A stretch of DNA of 64,000 bases, from the sequence record DRR723986_8739; one strand, written 5' to 3'. A model generated the notes under the pieces. That model was not told the origin of the DNA and did no database searches. It saw nothing but the letters and a program-made list of their open reading frames with translations. A program made the translations under genes and the position numbers. Of the stretch, positions 40,001-49,441 are shown piece after piece (position 1 is the stretch's first letter; every line of letters starts with the position of its first letter).

Positions 40001-40843
40001 ATGATTTTAATCGCAGATAGTGGTTCCAGCAAGACGGACTGGAGAGTTATTCATTCTGACCATAAAATTAGTCAGCATCGTGGAATAGGGTTTAATCCCT
40101 ATTACCAAACCTCCGAAGAGATGGCTATTCAAATGAAAGATGACTTTCTGGTTAATCTGGAATCTGAAATAAAGGAAATATATTTCTATGGAGCTGGCTG
40201 CTCGAGTCCTGATAGGAAGAATGAAGTTTCATCAGCACTAAAGACAGTTTTTCCAACTGCTAAAATTAGTATTGATCATGATCTTGCGGCAGCTGCTAGG
40301 TCCACATGTGGTCATCAGCCTGGGATAGCTTGTATTTTGGGTACTGGTTCAAATAGCTGTGACTACGATGGTGTTCAAATAGTAGCCTCTCGTCCAGCAC
40401 CAGGCTACATCTTCGGTGATGAAGGAGGAGGAGGCTATGTAGGAAGAAAACTTCTAAAGGATTTTATCAATGATGAAATGCCAACTGAAATCAAAAAAGA
40501 GCTGATAGAAAACTTTCATCTTACAAATACTGTGATTCAGGAACACGTTTATCAAAAGCCATTTCCTAATCGATACATGGCCAGCTTTTGCAGGTTTATC
40601 ACTGAGCATAAATCCAATTCCTATTGCTATATGCTCTATTACAATTCCTTTCAGGATTTCTTCCAACAACATGTGATGAAGTATAAGGATTATACGGAAA
40701 AGCCTGTCAATTTCGTGGGTTCTATAGCCTATTATAATAGTGATATCCTTCGTAAAGCTGCCTCAGATGTCCATATTAATGTAAATTTAATCATTGAAAG
40801 CCCCATAGCTGGCTTGACACTTTACCACCAAGAGAACTTATGA
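40001..40843 (+). CDS. BadF/BadG-type N-acetylglucosamine/MurNAc kinase
   Basis: ILIADSGSSKTDW, G.NPY, FYGAGC, CILGTGSNSC, GYI.GDEG.G; directly upstream of murQ. Confidence 0.9.
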   Translation: MILIADSGSSKTDWRVIHSDHKISQHRGIGFNPYYQTSEEMAIQMKDDFLVNLESEIKEIYFYGAGCSSPDRKNEVSSALKTVFPTAKISIDHDLAAAARSTCGHQPGIACILGTGSNSCDYDGVQIVASRPAPGYIFGDEGGGGYVGRKLLKDFINDEMPTEIKKELIENFHLTNTVIQEHVYQKPFPNRYMASFCRFITEHKSNSYCYMLYYNSFQDFFQQHVMKYKDYTEKPVNFVGSIAYYNSDILRKAASDVHINVNLIIESPIAGLTLYHQENL

Positions 40844-40910
40844 AATCGAGCATGAGTCAGGCGTCACAAATGTTGGTGATTATAACACATGCGAAGATTC
40901 CATGTGGCCT
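40840..40910 (+). repeat. Intercistronic ~70-nt element, copy 2
   Basis: ATGAAATCGAGCA-N10-GTCA-N22-ATGCGAAGATTCCAT-GTGGCCT. Confidence 0.8.
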
Positions 40911-40931
40911 TAAAAGTCAAATTATATACAC

Positions 40932-41744
40932 ATGAAGGTAACTGAAAGTACTTCTCTATATGACAATCTTGAGCAGATGGATGTCATTTCTATTCTTCGA
41001 AATATTAACCGGGAAGATAAAAAAGTAGCCCTTGCCGTTGAGAAAGTTATTCCGAATATTAATGGATTGATCGAGCAGATTGTGCATAGGATGGAGAAAG
41101 GCGGAAGATTGATTTACATAGGTGCTGGGACCAGTGGTAGGCTAGGTGTGTTGGATGCATCAGAGTGTCCGCCAACCTATGGTGTGCCATTCGATATGGT
41201 ATTAGGACTTATTGCGGGAGGAGATAAAGCAATCAGGAAAGCTGTGGAAAATGCGGAAGATGATGCGGATCAGGCTTGGAATGATATTCTGGAATACGGC
41301 TTTAACGAAAATGATACGGTGATCGGAATAGCTGCGTCTGGTACAACTCCTTATGTAATTGGTGGGGTAAAAATAGCACGGGAGAAAGGTCTTTTGACAG
41401 GGAGTATTACTTGTAATCCGGATTCACCGCTTTCAAAAGAAGTAGAGCACCCCATAGAAGCAGTGGTGGGTCCAGAATTTATCACAGGGAGCACACGAAT
41501 GAAATCAGGCACAGCACAGAAGTTGATTCTTAATATGATTTCCACTACTGTGATGATTAAGCTAGGGAAAGTGAAAGGAAATAAAATGGTGGATATGCAG
41601 CTTTCCAATGCTAAGTTGGTACAGCGTGGAACCAAAATGATCATGGAAGCTACAGGATTAGAAGAGGAAACAGCTTACAAACTATTGCTTAGTGAAGGGT
41701 CAGTGAGAAAAGCGACTGAGTATTTTTATAAGAATCTGAACTAG
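40932..41744 (+). CDS. murQ: N-acetylmuramic acid 6-phosphate etherase
   Basis: GAGTSGRLG.LDASECPPT.G, GIAASG.TPYV, GPE..TGSTRMKSGTAQKL.LNM. Confidence 0.97.
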   Translation: MKVTESTSLYDNLEQMDVISILRNINREDKKVALAVEKVIPNINGLIEQIVHRMEKGGRLIYIGAGTSGRLGVLDASECPPTYGVPFDMVLGLIAGGDKAIRKAVENAEDDADQAWNDILEYGFNENDTVIGIAASGTTPYVIGGVKIAREKGLLTGSITCNPDSPLSKEVEHPIEAVVGPEFITGSTRMKSGTAQKLILNMISTTVMIKLGKVKGNKMVDMQLSNAKLVQRGTKMIMEATGLEEETAYKLLLSEGSVRKATEYFYKNLN

Positions 41745-41752
41745 ATTTCAGA

Positions 41753-41828
41753 AAACCTTCCAGGTTTACATGATGGAGTAGTGATGAATTATGGATTCCT
41801 TAGTCTTTTATAGAAACCTGGAAGGTTT
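41753..41828. repeat. REP-like 15-bp perfect inverted repeat pair
   Basis: AAACCTTCCAGGTTT (41753-41767) and AAACCTGGAAGGTTT (41814-41828), 46-nt spacer. Confidence 0.7.
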
Positions 41829-41880
41829 ATGAATTAGGAATATTTTTGAATGCAATGATTAGATATCTCAAAAGAGGCTG

Positions 41881-41888
41881 TATCTTTG
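41881..41888 (+). promoter_or_regulatory. -7 box (TATCTTTG) for the pseudouridine synthase gene
   Basis: TAnnTTTG followed by CA, 72 nt before the ATG. Confidence 0.65.
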
Positions 41889-41960
41889 CAGCCCGATTAA
41901 GGGATTGAAAACCAATCGCTTAATCACACACAATCAATCCAGCAGTGATGCTGCAAATCT

Positions 41961-43289
41961 ATGAGAGATAACAATTCGAAAAAGCCGTTTTTCGGCGAAG
42001 GAAAAAAAGATTCCAACTCTTCCAATTCTGGCCAAAGAGGTGGATACAAAGGGAAATCACAAGGATTCAATAAATCCAAAGATTCTGGATTTTCTAAGTC
42101 TGGCTCAGCAAAGAAGCCCTTCAGCACTAGTGAAGATGACTTTTCTGATTTCAATAAAAAGCCAAGAACAAATAAAAAATCGGGGTTTAAAACCTTAGGC
42201 GAGAAGAAATTTGGTTCTAAATCGAATTTTGGACCTAAGAAAGACCAAGGTGCTGACTTTACTGAAAAGAAAGATTTTGGTGCTGGCAAGAAGCAATTTT
42301 TCGCCAAAAAAGAAGAAGCCGATCGGCCAAAGCCATACAATAGAGATTCTAAAGGAGGTAAGACGCAATCTTCTGAAAAACCAGAAGGACTTATCTACAA
42401 AGGTCGTGGAAAGGACCAAAAGCCAGTTTTTGCAGCTGGAAGACCGACCTACAAGTCTGATAAGAAAGAGAACAAGGGTTTCGGTAAGAAGCGTTTTGTA
42501 GATCAGGATACCAACGTAGAGCGTCCGGATTACAACTTTGACTCTCTTCCTCAGAAAAAGAAGAAGTTGGAGAATGAGGACAACCTTATTCGCCTAAATA
42601 AATACATCGCAAATTCTGGAATTTGCAGTAGGAGAGAAGCAGATTCTTTGATTAGCCAAGGTCTCGTTACACTGAACGGTGAGGTATGTACTGAGCTAGG
42701 TCGTAAAGTGAAGAAAACTGACCGAGTAGTTTATCAAGGAAGAAAGATCAATCCTGAGAAGCCTACTTATGTGTTGCTGAATAAGCCAAAGGATTTTATC
42801 ACTACTACGGATGATCCTATGGATCGGAAGACAGTAATGAACCTAGTAGGAAATGCCTGTGAGGAGCGTATTTTTCCTGTTGGTAGATTGGATAGAAATA
42901 CGACTGGGCTTTTGTTATTCACCAATGACGGTGAATTGGCTGCTAAGCTTTCTCATCCTTCAAACGAAATCAAGAAGATCTATCAAGTGACTTTGGACAA
43001 GCCACTTACTAAGAAGGACGAAGAAGCTATCATTGAAGGCTTGACTTTAGAAGATGGCAAAGTTGAAGTAGATGATATGCAAGTTTTATCCTTGGATCGT
43101 ACGATTCTAGGTTTGGAGATTCACGTTGGTAGAAATAGAATAGTCCGTAGGATCTTTGCCCACTTGGGCTATGAAGTTACTGCGCTGGATCGAGTAGTCT
43201 ATGCAGGCTTGGATAAAAAAGATTTGAAGCGTGGACATTATCGATTCCTTACAGAGCAAGAAGTGATTCGATTAAAGTTCTTCATATAA
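41961..43289 (+). CDS. RsuA/RluB/RluF-family rRNA pseudouridine synthase with ~200-aa disordered N-terminus
   Basis: S4 domain RLNKYIA.SG.CSRREAD, LLNKPK, PVGRLDR.TTGLLL.TNDG, GRNR.VRR. Confidence 0.95.
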   Translation: MRDNNSKKPFFGEGKKDSNSSNSGQRGGYKGKSQGFNKSKDSGFSKSGSAKKPFSTSEDDFSDFNKKPRTNKKSGFKTLGEKKFGSKSNFGPKKDQGADFTEKKDFGAGKKQFFAKKEEADRPKPYNRDSKGGKTQSSEKPEGLIYKGRGKDQKPVFAAGRPTYKSDKKENKGFGKKRFVDQDTNVERPDYNFDSLPQKKKKLENEDNLIRLNKYIANSGICSRREADSLISQGLVTLNGEVCTELGRKVKKTDRVVYQGRKINPEKPTYVLLNKPKDFITTTDDPMDRKTVMNLVGNACEERIFPVGRLDRNTTGLLLFTNDGELAAKLSHPSNEIKKIYQVTLDKPLTKKDEEAIIEGLTLEDGKVEVDDMQVLSLDRTILGLEIHVGRNRIVRRIFAHLGYEVTALDRVVYAGLDKKDLKRGHYRFLTEQEVIRLKFFI

Positions 43290-43291
43290 GT

Positions 43292-43322
43292 AAAAAAAGC
43301 TCCCGATTTGGGAGCTTTTTTA
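43292..43322. terminator. Bidirectional intrinsic terminator
   Basis: AAAAAAGCTCCC-gattt-GGGAGCTTTTTT between convergent genes. Confidence 0.88.
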
Positions 43323-43419
43323 TTTCAATTTACACGTAATAAGTGTAAAGAACCATGCTGAGAGCGCGGTTTTTCTGTTTCAGTTAGCTTGCTTCGCCAG
43401 AAGCTGAACAAAGCGATTT

Positions 43420-43725
43420 TTACACAAATCCTTTTAGCCCTTGCTTCAAATCCCTTTTAGTAATCAGTCCTCCCTTTCTCCATAAGATTTTCCCTTTTTT
43501 GAAAAGTATGTAATTAGGGATGGAGCGCACTGCGAACTGCTGAGCTAGTTGTGGGCTTTTATCAATATTGATTTTCAGCAATTTAATTTTTCCTCCCAAT
43601 TCTGTTAATACTTCGTGTATGATAGGATCCATTGTCTGGCAGGGTCCGCACCAGTCTGCATAGAAATCTACGAGGACTGCATCCTGACTCTTGCTAATGA
43701 TATCTTTTGGATTCTTTTTTGGCAT
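43420..43725 (-). CDS. Thioredoxin family protein
   Basis: VLVDFYADWCGPC, VRSIP. Confidence 0.93.
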   Translation of the reverse strand: MPKKNPKDIISKSQDAVLVDFYADWCGPCQTMDPIIHEVLTELGGKIKLLKINIDKSPQLAQQFAVRSIPNYILFKKGKILWRKGGLITKRDLKQGLKGFV

Positions 43726-43738
43726 TGCTGGAAAACAA

Positions 43739-43774
43739 AGAAGCCGCTAATTCGAGATCGAGTTAGCGGCTTCT
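43739..43774 (-). terminator. Hairpin/terminator after the skp genes
   Basis: AGAAGCCGCTAATTCGA-ga-TCGAGTTAGCGGCTTCT with a U-rich tail on the minus strand. Confidence 0.75.
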
Positions 43775-43790
43775 AGTTGCTAGTGGTTAA

Positions 43791-44333
43791 TTAATTGGCT
43801 GCTGGAGCAGCTGGCATTTCAAGACCTAATTTCGTCAAAACTAGCTCAGTGAATTTATCTTCTTCTTTAGTATAAAGAAGGATAGGCGCTTGTCCTGCAG
43901 ATTCAGCGAAAATATGGGTGTAGTTATTTTCAGCTGCTACTGCGTTAATAGCATTTACGACTTTAGTTTGTACTGGACCTAGAAGTTCACCTAATTTTCT
44001 CTGGTAGCTGATCTGAGAGTCTGACTCCATTTTCTGCAAACTATTTTGAAGAGCAGTCAGCTCATTTACTTTTGCAGCTCTAGCTTCTTCAGTCATGGAC
44101 TGTGATGCTTGCTCAAATGCCTGAACTTGGCGCTGGAAATCTTCACCTTTTAATTGCATTGTGGTTTGCAGCTGAGTTTCGTAGTCTTTGATATCAGCAG
44201 CAATTTGCTCCATCTCTGGCATTAAATCCATGATAAATTCTACGTTGGTATAACCAATCTTTACTTCTTGAGCCTGAGCTGCGAATCCTACGCAAAGCAA
44301 TGCTACTGCGGAAAGGATAACTTTTACTTTCAT
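43791..44333 (-). CDS. skp: OmpH/Skp periplasmic chaperone
   Basis: Signal peptide, KIGY.N...I...MPE, coiled coil, AI..VA.EN.Y..IF. Confidence 0.9.
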   Translation of the reverse strand: MKVKVILSAVALLCVGFAAQAQEVKIGYTNVEFIMDLMPEMEQIAADIKDYETQLQTTMQLKGEDFQRQVQAFEQASQSMTEEARAAKVNELTALQNSLQKMESDSQISYQRKLGELLGPVQTKVVNAINAVAAENNYTHIFAESAGQAPILLYTKEEDKFTELVLTKLGLEMPAAPAAN

Positions 44334-44355
44334 ATGAATTTGTTTTGTTTTTTAA

Positions 44356-44423
44356 TGGTCACATGGAATCTCGCATCGTTTAGAATCAGTAAGTTATTGA
44401 CTCTTAAGTTTGCTCGATTTCAT
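44356..44423 (-). repeat. Intercistronic ~70-nt element, copy 3
   Basis: Minus strand reads ATGAAATCGAGCA-N9-GTCA-N21-ATGCGAGATTCCAT-GTGACCA. Confidence 0.8.
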
Positions 44424-44440
44424 CATTTCTGTGTTTCTTT

Positions 44441-44971
44441 TTATTTGTTGTCTTCTATTCCCAATTCCTCCAATACGAATTCCGAATAATCATGTCTAGG
44501 ATCTGTCCAGATAATAGCCGATGGTTCGGCCGCTTTATCAAATAACATTCCTAGGTTGTTTCTTCGCGTTACTCGCTCTATAGCATCATAAATTTTGGAT
44601 TGAAGTGGTTGCATTAATTCCGCTTGTTTTTGGAAGTACTGACCATCAATTCCGAAAATTCTGCTATTGAATTCCTGGGATTCTTTTTGTTTCAACTTTA
44701 TGTCTTCCAGCCGTTGCTGGTACATTTCTTCTGTGAGAAGAACCTCTTCTGCTTTAAGCTGCACAGAAAGATCTTTGATCTCTTTATCCAAATTTTGTGC
44801 CTCTTTCTTCCATTCAGCGCTTATGTTTTCTAGCTCTTGCTGGATAACCTTGTAGTCCGGATGCTTATTTAGAATATACTCCGTATCAATGTATCCAAAC
44901 TTTTGTGCTACCAAAGGGGCTGCTTGGAGCAGTAGAAGCAGCAAAAATACAATTTTCAGTGGTTTATTCAT
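44441..44971 (-). CDS. skp: OmpH/Skp periplasmic chaperone
   Basis: AQKFGYIDTEYIL, coiled coil, FG..G.......L..P.Q.KI..AI; directly downstream of bamA. Confidence 0.9.
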   Translation of the reverse strand: MNKPLKIVFLLLLLLQAAPLVAQKFGYIDTEYILNKHPDYKVIQQELENISAEWKKEAQNLDKEIKDLSVQLKAEEVLLTEEMYQQRLEDIKLKQKESQEFNSRIFGIDGQYFQKQAELMQPLQSKIYDAIERVTRRNNLGMLFDKAAEPSAIIWTDPRHDYSEFVLEELGIEDNK

Positions 44972-45062
44972 GAGGTTGGGGAATTTACAAGGACCTATTT
45001 TATTAATTTCTTAGCACGTCAATTTTTGCATAAATTAACTATTCCCCTCCCTAAATCCATAC

Positions 45063-47759
45063 TTATCTTATCTGCTGGCCAATTGTGAAGTGGAATTGTG
45101 AACCACTTCTCTGAGTAGTACCTGGAATCGCATCGAATCCGTATCCCCAGTCAATCCCCAAAAGTCCAAATGCCGGCATAAAGATCCTTGCTCCAGCTCC
45201 TGCGGATTTCTTAAGATCATATGGATTAAAGTCTTTGTATGAAGCCCAATTGTTTCCTGCCTCAGCAAATCCAAGTACGAAAATGGTAGCTGATGGGTTA
45301 GGGGATATAAGGTATCTGACTTCCATCACATATTTATTATATACAATCCCTCCATAAGGCTCTGGATTAGCTGTACCTCTACTATCTCTACCAGGAGTAA
45401 TCGATTGATCCTCGTAGCCACGTAGGCCGATGATTTCTTGTCCTAGCGCAAAGTTGTTCATAGACATACCATTTCCACCCATCACGAATCTTTCCAAAGG
45501 AATAACGCCTATCTTTTGGCTGTATGATCCAAGAAAGCCCATGTGAGCTCTTGCACTGGCTACTAACTTGTTTGAGCCAAAAAGAGGGGTGTATATAGAT
45601 GCGTCAAACATCCATTTATGATATTCCAACCACTTATATTTTTCCTGGTCGGTGGATTCTTCATCAATATTTTTATTCAAAGAAGAATACGGAGGCGTGA
45701 AAGCTGTAGAGAGGATAATATTGGATCCAAATCTAGGGTATGTTGGATTGTCCAAGTTATACCTTGCAATTGTAGTATTCCAAGTAATACTGTTAGATGT
45801 ACCAGTTGGGTAGCTCAAACCAAAGGAGGTACCGAATTGATCAAACTCATAAATTTGGAACTGTAAGGAATTACTTATGCTAAAGTTATCATCCGGCCAG
45901 GTAACTCGCTTGGCTAGACCTAGCGTTACTCCTGTAATTTTGAAGAAGCCTAATTCATCTCCGAAACTGGCCTGATTATAAAAATCTACTTGGCGCTGTA
46001 CAGAATGGTTAAATGAGAAGCTTAATGCATTTGGCTTTTTGCCACCGAACCAAGGTTCTGTCAAGGATACTGAATAGTTCTGGAAGGAACGACCGTTGGC
46101 CTGCACTCTAAGTGATAGCTTTTGACCATCTCCTACGGGAAGTGGATCCCACTTAGAGAAGTCTTTTATGTTTCTGATCGAGAAATTGTTAAATGAAAGG
46201 CCGACTGTTCCTACGAATCCGTAGAAACCGCCCCATCCGCCTGATAGCTCAATCTGGTCATTTGGTCTTTCCTCCAATTCGAATGTAATATCAACAGTCG
46301 CTGCTTCGAAGTTTGGTCTTAGATCAGGATTGATTTTCTCTGGGTCAAAATAACCTAAAGTAGAAAGTTCACGAATGGTACGAACCAGAAGTTCTCTGTT
46401 GAACTTTTGACCTGGAAGAATACGGATTTCACGCATGACGACATGATCAGACGTACGCTCATTTCCACTGATATTTACACTGTTTACAGTTACTTGAGGT
46501 CCTTCAAAAATCCTCATTTCCAAATCAATGGAGTCTGCAAATACATTTACCTCAACTGGGTCAATCTGAAAGAAAAGATATCCGTCATTCTGGTAAAGGG
46601 AACTAACATCATCCCCCTTAGTTGGGTCGTAGTTTAGTCTTTTATCAAGCTTTTCCTTATCGTAAACATCACCTTTTTGGATACCTAGTTTGGCTAAAAG
46701 GACTTGGTCTGGATGAATGAAGTTGCCGTTGAAAGTAATATTTCTATAGTAGTACTTTTTGCCTTCTTCCAGCGCGATGTCAATGTTTATTTTATCTTCA
46801 CCAAAGTTGTAGATAGAATCTGCGACAATTTTAGCATCTCGATAACCTCTACTTTGATAGAAATTAATGACATTATCTTTGTCGTTTCTGTATTCCTTAG
46901 GAATGTACTTTGAGCCGTTAAAGAAATTAAGTTTGAAGTTTTTGTTGATGTATTCCTTTACATCGTCTTGAGATGCAGAATCTGTGTAAAGTATTGTGTT
47001 CTTAATATCTTCTGCTGAAGCATTTGTCAACCGGGAATATCCATCTTTAAAAACGCTTACTCGTGCGTGTTCTTTGGTTTTTTTAAGCTTCTTTTTGAGT
47101 TTAGTATCATTCAGTTCCTCATTGCCATAGAACTCAATCGCGTTGATTTTAACTTTAGAGTTTTGCTGAACGTCGAAAATTAATTTAACTGAATTAGGTA
47201 GAGTGGTGTCTCTTTCTTGTTTGATTTTAACATCCGCGTTCATGAAACCTTTGTCCAAATAATATTTTTCAATATTTCTTTTGGCATTATTCAGAACATC
47301 ATCTCTAACGACACGTCCACGGATATTTACTTTGTCGCGAAGCTCACTTTCCTGAGTTTTATTCATTCCGGTAAATTCTACTCTTGAGAATCTAGGTCGC
47401 TCAGTCAAATCAAGAAGTAGCGAAATGTCATTTCCTTCTATTTTGGTCACTAAGATTTTTACATCCCCAATGATTCCTTGCCCCCAAAGCTTTTTCAACG
47501 CATTAGAGATAGCATCTCCCGGTACCTCGATTTCATCATCTACTTTCAATCCTGATAAGGAAAGAATGGCGATTTCATCCAAGGTGGTAAGACCTACAGC
47601 TTTTATTTCTGCGATTCTATAGGTTTGAGGCTTAGCGTAGTTCAGCTCCAAAATATCGATTGGCTTGCTTGTGGCATAGCGACTTTGGCCCAAACGTATT
47701 TGCGCCATTGCTGAACTTGCCCAAACCAGACAAAACAGAATCAGTAAACTTTTTTTCAT
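45063..47759 (-). CDS. bamA: Outer membrane protein assembly factor BamA
   Basis: POTRA repeats (GN..T.D.V..RE), barrel with IGLRGY motif, C-terminal FHFTIGQQ. Confidence 0.96.
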   Translation of the reverse strand: MKKSLLILFCLVWASSAMAQIRLGQSRYATSKPIDILELNYAKPQTYRIAEIKAVGLTTLDEIAILSLSGLKVDDEIEVPGDAISNALKKLWGQGIIGDVKILVTKIEGNDISLLLDLTERPRFSRVEFTGMNKTQESELRDKVNIRGRVVRDDVLNNAKRNIEKYYLDKGFMNADVKIKQERDTTLPNSVKLIFDVQQNSKVKINAIEFYGNEELNDTKLKKKLKKTKEHARVSVFKDGYSRLTNASAEDIKNTILYTDSASQDDVKEYINKNFKLNFFNGSKYIPKEYRNDKDNVINFYQSRGYRDAKIVADSIYNFGEDKINIDIALEEGKKYYYRNITFNGNFIHPDQVLLAKLGIQKGDVYDKEKLDKRLNYDPTKGDDVSSLYQNDGYLFFQIDPVEVNVFADSIDLEMRIFEGPQVTVNSVNISGNERTSDHVVMREIRILPGQKFNRELLVRTIRELSTLGYFDPEKINPDLRPNFEAATVDITFELEERPNDQIELSGGWGGFYGFVGTVGLSFNNFSIRNIKDFSKWDPLPVGDGQKLSLRVQANGRSFQNYSVSLTEPWFGGKKPNALSFSFNHSVQRQVDFYNQASFGDELGFFKITGVTLGLAKRVTWPDDNFSISNSLQFQIYEFDQFGTSFGLSYPTGTSNSITWNTTIARYNLDNPTYPRFGSNIILSTAFTPPYSSLNKNIDEESTDQEKYKWLEYHKWMFDASIYTPLFGSNKLVASARAHMGFLGSYSQKIGVIPLERFVMGGNGMSMNNFALGQEIIGLRGYEDQSITPGRDSRGTANPEPYGGIVYNKYVMEVRYLISPNPSATIFVLGFAEAGNNWASYKDFNPYDLKKSAGAGARIFMPAFGLLGIDWGYGFDAIPGTTQRSGSQFHFTIGQQIR

Positions 47760-47766
47760 TAATTAC

Positions 47767-48504
47767 TTAAGATTTAACTTGCTCACCCGTTTTGCCAAAT
47801 CTCCTCTCCCGTGATTGGAAGTCGGAGACCGCAGCAAAGAGATGCTCTCTTCTAAAATCCGGCCATAATACAGGTGTAAAATACAACTCTGTATAAGCCA
47901 ATTGCCAAAGTAGAAAATTGCTTATTCGGTATTCCCCGCTAGTTCTGATCATTAATTCTGGATCAGGATAGGCAGTTGTTTCCAAATGCTCAGCCATTAC
48001 TTTTTGTGTAATGTCCTCCACATTCAATTTTCCTTCTGAGACTTTTTGAGCAATGTGTTTAGCGGCATGAGTGAGCTCCCAGTGACCACTGTAGCTTAAC
48101 GCCAAGATCACTTTGAGGCCTGTATTTTTAGAGGTGATTTCCTTTACTCTCATCAGCGTTTTGTATGCTGAGGGTGGTAAACTTTCTACATCTCCAATAC
48201 TTTCTAATTTGAAGTTGCCATTCATCAGCATAGGGATCTCATCGGACATGGTCTTCACCAATAGCTCCATCAATCCATCGACTTCAGCTTTTGGTCTGGA
48301 CCAGTTCTCAGTAGAAAAAGAGAATAAGGTCAGGTATTTGACTCCTAAACTATCTGCTCCTTCTATAGCTTCTCTTACTGCCTTAGTGGCGTTCTTATGC
48401 CCAAATATCCGCATAGCGCCTTTTTTAGTGGCCCAGCGTCCATTGCCGTCCATGATAATAGCAATATGCTTTGGGATGTTGTTATTTTCAGATACTTCCT
48501 TCAT
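47767..48504 (-). CDS. uppS: Undecaprenyl diphosphate synthase (isoprenyl transferase)
   Basis: PKHIAIIMDGNGRWA, FSTENW.RP..EV, IRTSGE.RISNFLLWQ.AY.E, RERRFG; start moved to ATG 48504. Confidence 0.97.
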   Translation of the reverse strand: MKEVSENNNIPKHIAIIMDGNGRWATKKGAMRIFGHKNATKAVREAIEGADSLGVKYLTLFSFSTENWSRPKAEVDGLMELLVKTMSDEIPMLMNGNFKLESIGDVESLPPSAYKTLMRVKEITSKNTGLKVILALSYSGHWELTHAAKHIAQKVSEGKLNVEDITQKVMAEHLETTAYPDPELMIRTSGEYRISNFLLWQLAYTELYFTPVLWPDFRREHLFAAVSDFQSRERRFGKTGEQVKS

Positions 48505-48587
48505 TCCAGCCGTCTCCGGTTCCTTACTTTTTTGGAGGTACAAAAATGCCATTTCTTTTCCAAATATTAGCCCTAGGGCTCGATTTA

Positions 48588-49379
48588 TTAATATGCGTAG
48601 CATTTGGTAGTCGTGATAGTATAGCTGATCGTTACGCCTAAGAAGTAGTACCAATCCTTATCGTAAGCATTACCAAAGTTAATTCCATAGGGTTGATCTG
48701 GGTTATCAGGATCAGGAAACCTGGGAATTGTTGGTTCTTTACTATCTATTTTGTCTAGGTAGTCTGTAAAGGTAGGCCGAAAGCCTAATTCTGCGGCTAA
48801 TGTCCATCGTTCATCAATCTGGTACTTGACTCCTCCTCCAAAAGGAATGACTACTGTACCCAAATTATATCTTGAGGATACATTATATTGGAAAGTATTT
48901 CCTTTTGCGAAAACAAATGTATAGCCAACACCAAAGAAAGCATATGGTGAGAAGCGAAACTCCGAGCTTAGCGACAGATAATCAAGGAAGTTAAATTCCA
49001 TTACTGCAGAAAACTCCAATACCCCAGCTCTAAACCTGCCGTCCCTAATGTATGCTAATTGATCTATAGGTTTAATACTATCTGCTCCATATAGGAACGC
49101 AGCATTTCCCCCCGCTCTAAGCGACCACACATTGTCAAAATTTCTCCTGCCAAACAACGTGACTTGGGACCCTAATTGGCCCGGGTCAATTTTCCTGATG
49201 ATGTCACCTGAATAAGCAGCGACTCCTACCCCTCCTCCTATATCGTATTTCTGTGCGCTGATTTCTCCGTTAAGCCCGAAGAAAAGAAGCAAGAGTACAA
49301 GTAAGTAGTTGGAAATCTGAAAATTGACCTTTTTCAAGACGCTGCAAGATATGAAGTACCTAACGTTTAAAAAACGCAT
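48588..49379 (-). CDS. porG: DUF6089 / PorG-like outer-membrane beta-barrel (T9SS-associated)
   Basis: G...Y.GD, IPFGGG.KY, E.G.R.TFTDYLD, GN...KDWY.F.G.T.SY; conserved position upstream of uppS-bamA; start uncertain (49415/49379/49337). Confidence 0.7.
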   Translation of the reverse strand: MRFLNVRYFISCSVLKKVNFQISNYLLVLLLLFFGLNGEISAQKYDIGGGVGVAAYSGDIIRKIDPGQLGSQVTLFGRRNFDNVWSLRAGGNAAFLYGADSIKPIDQLAYIRDGRFRAGVLEFSAVMEFNFLDYLSLSSEFRFSPYAFFGVGYTFVFAKGNTFQYNVSSRYNLGTVVIPFGGGVKYQIDERWTLAAELGFRPTFTDYLDKIDSKEPTIPRFPDPDNPDQPYGINFGNAYDKDWYYFLGVTISYTITTTKCYAY

Positions 49380-49441
49380 CTCAGTATTTAGCGGGTTAAT
49401 AATTGTTAAGCTCAAATTGACTTGGTCTTAAAGACATTGAT

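Noticed and set aside
39684-40910. Element copies considered as CRISPR repeats, tRNAs or intrinsic terminators
   Set aside because: Dispersed rather than arrayed, no cas genes, no cloverleaf or T-loop consensus, and followed by A-rich rather than U-rich tails.
48560-48590. AAATCGAGC on the minus strand right after the porG stop, resembling the 5' block of the 70-nt element
   Set aside because: No GTCA or GATTCCAT-TGRCC blocks follow; only a short AGCCCTAGGGCT palindrome. Not counted as a fifth copy.
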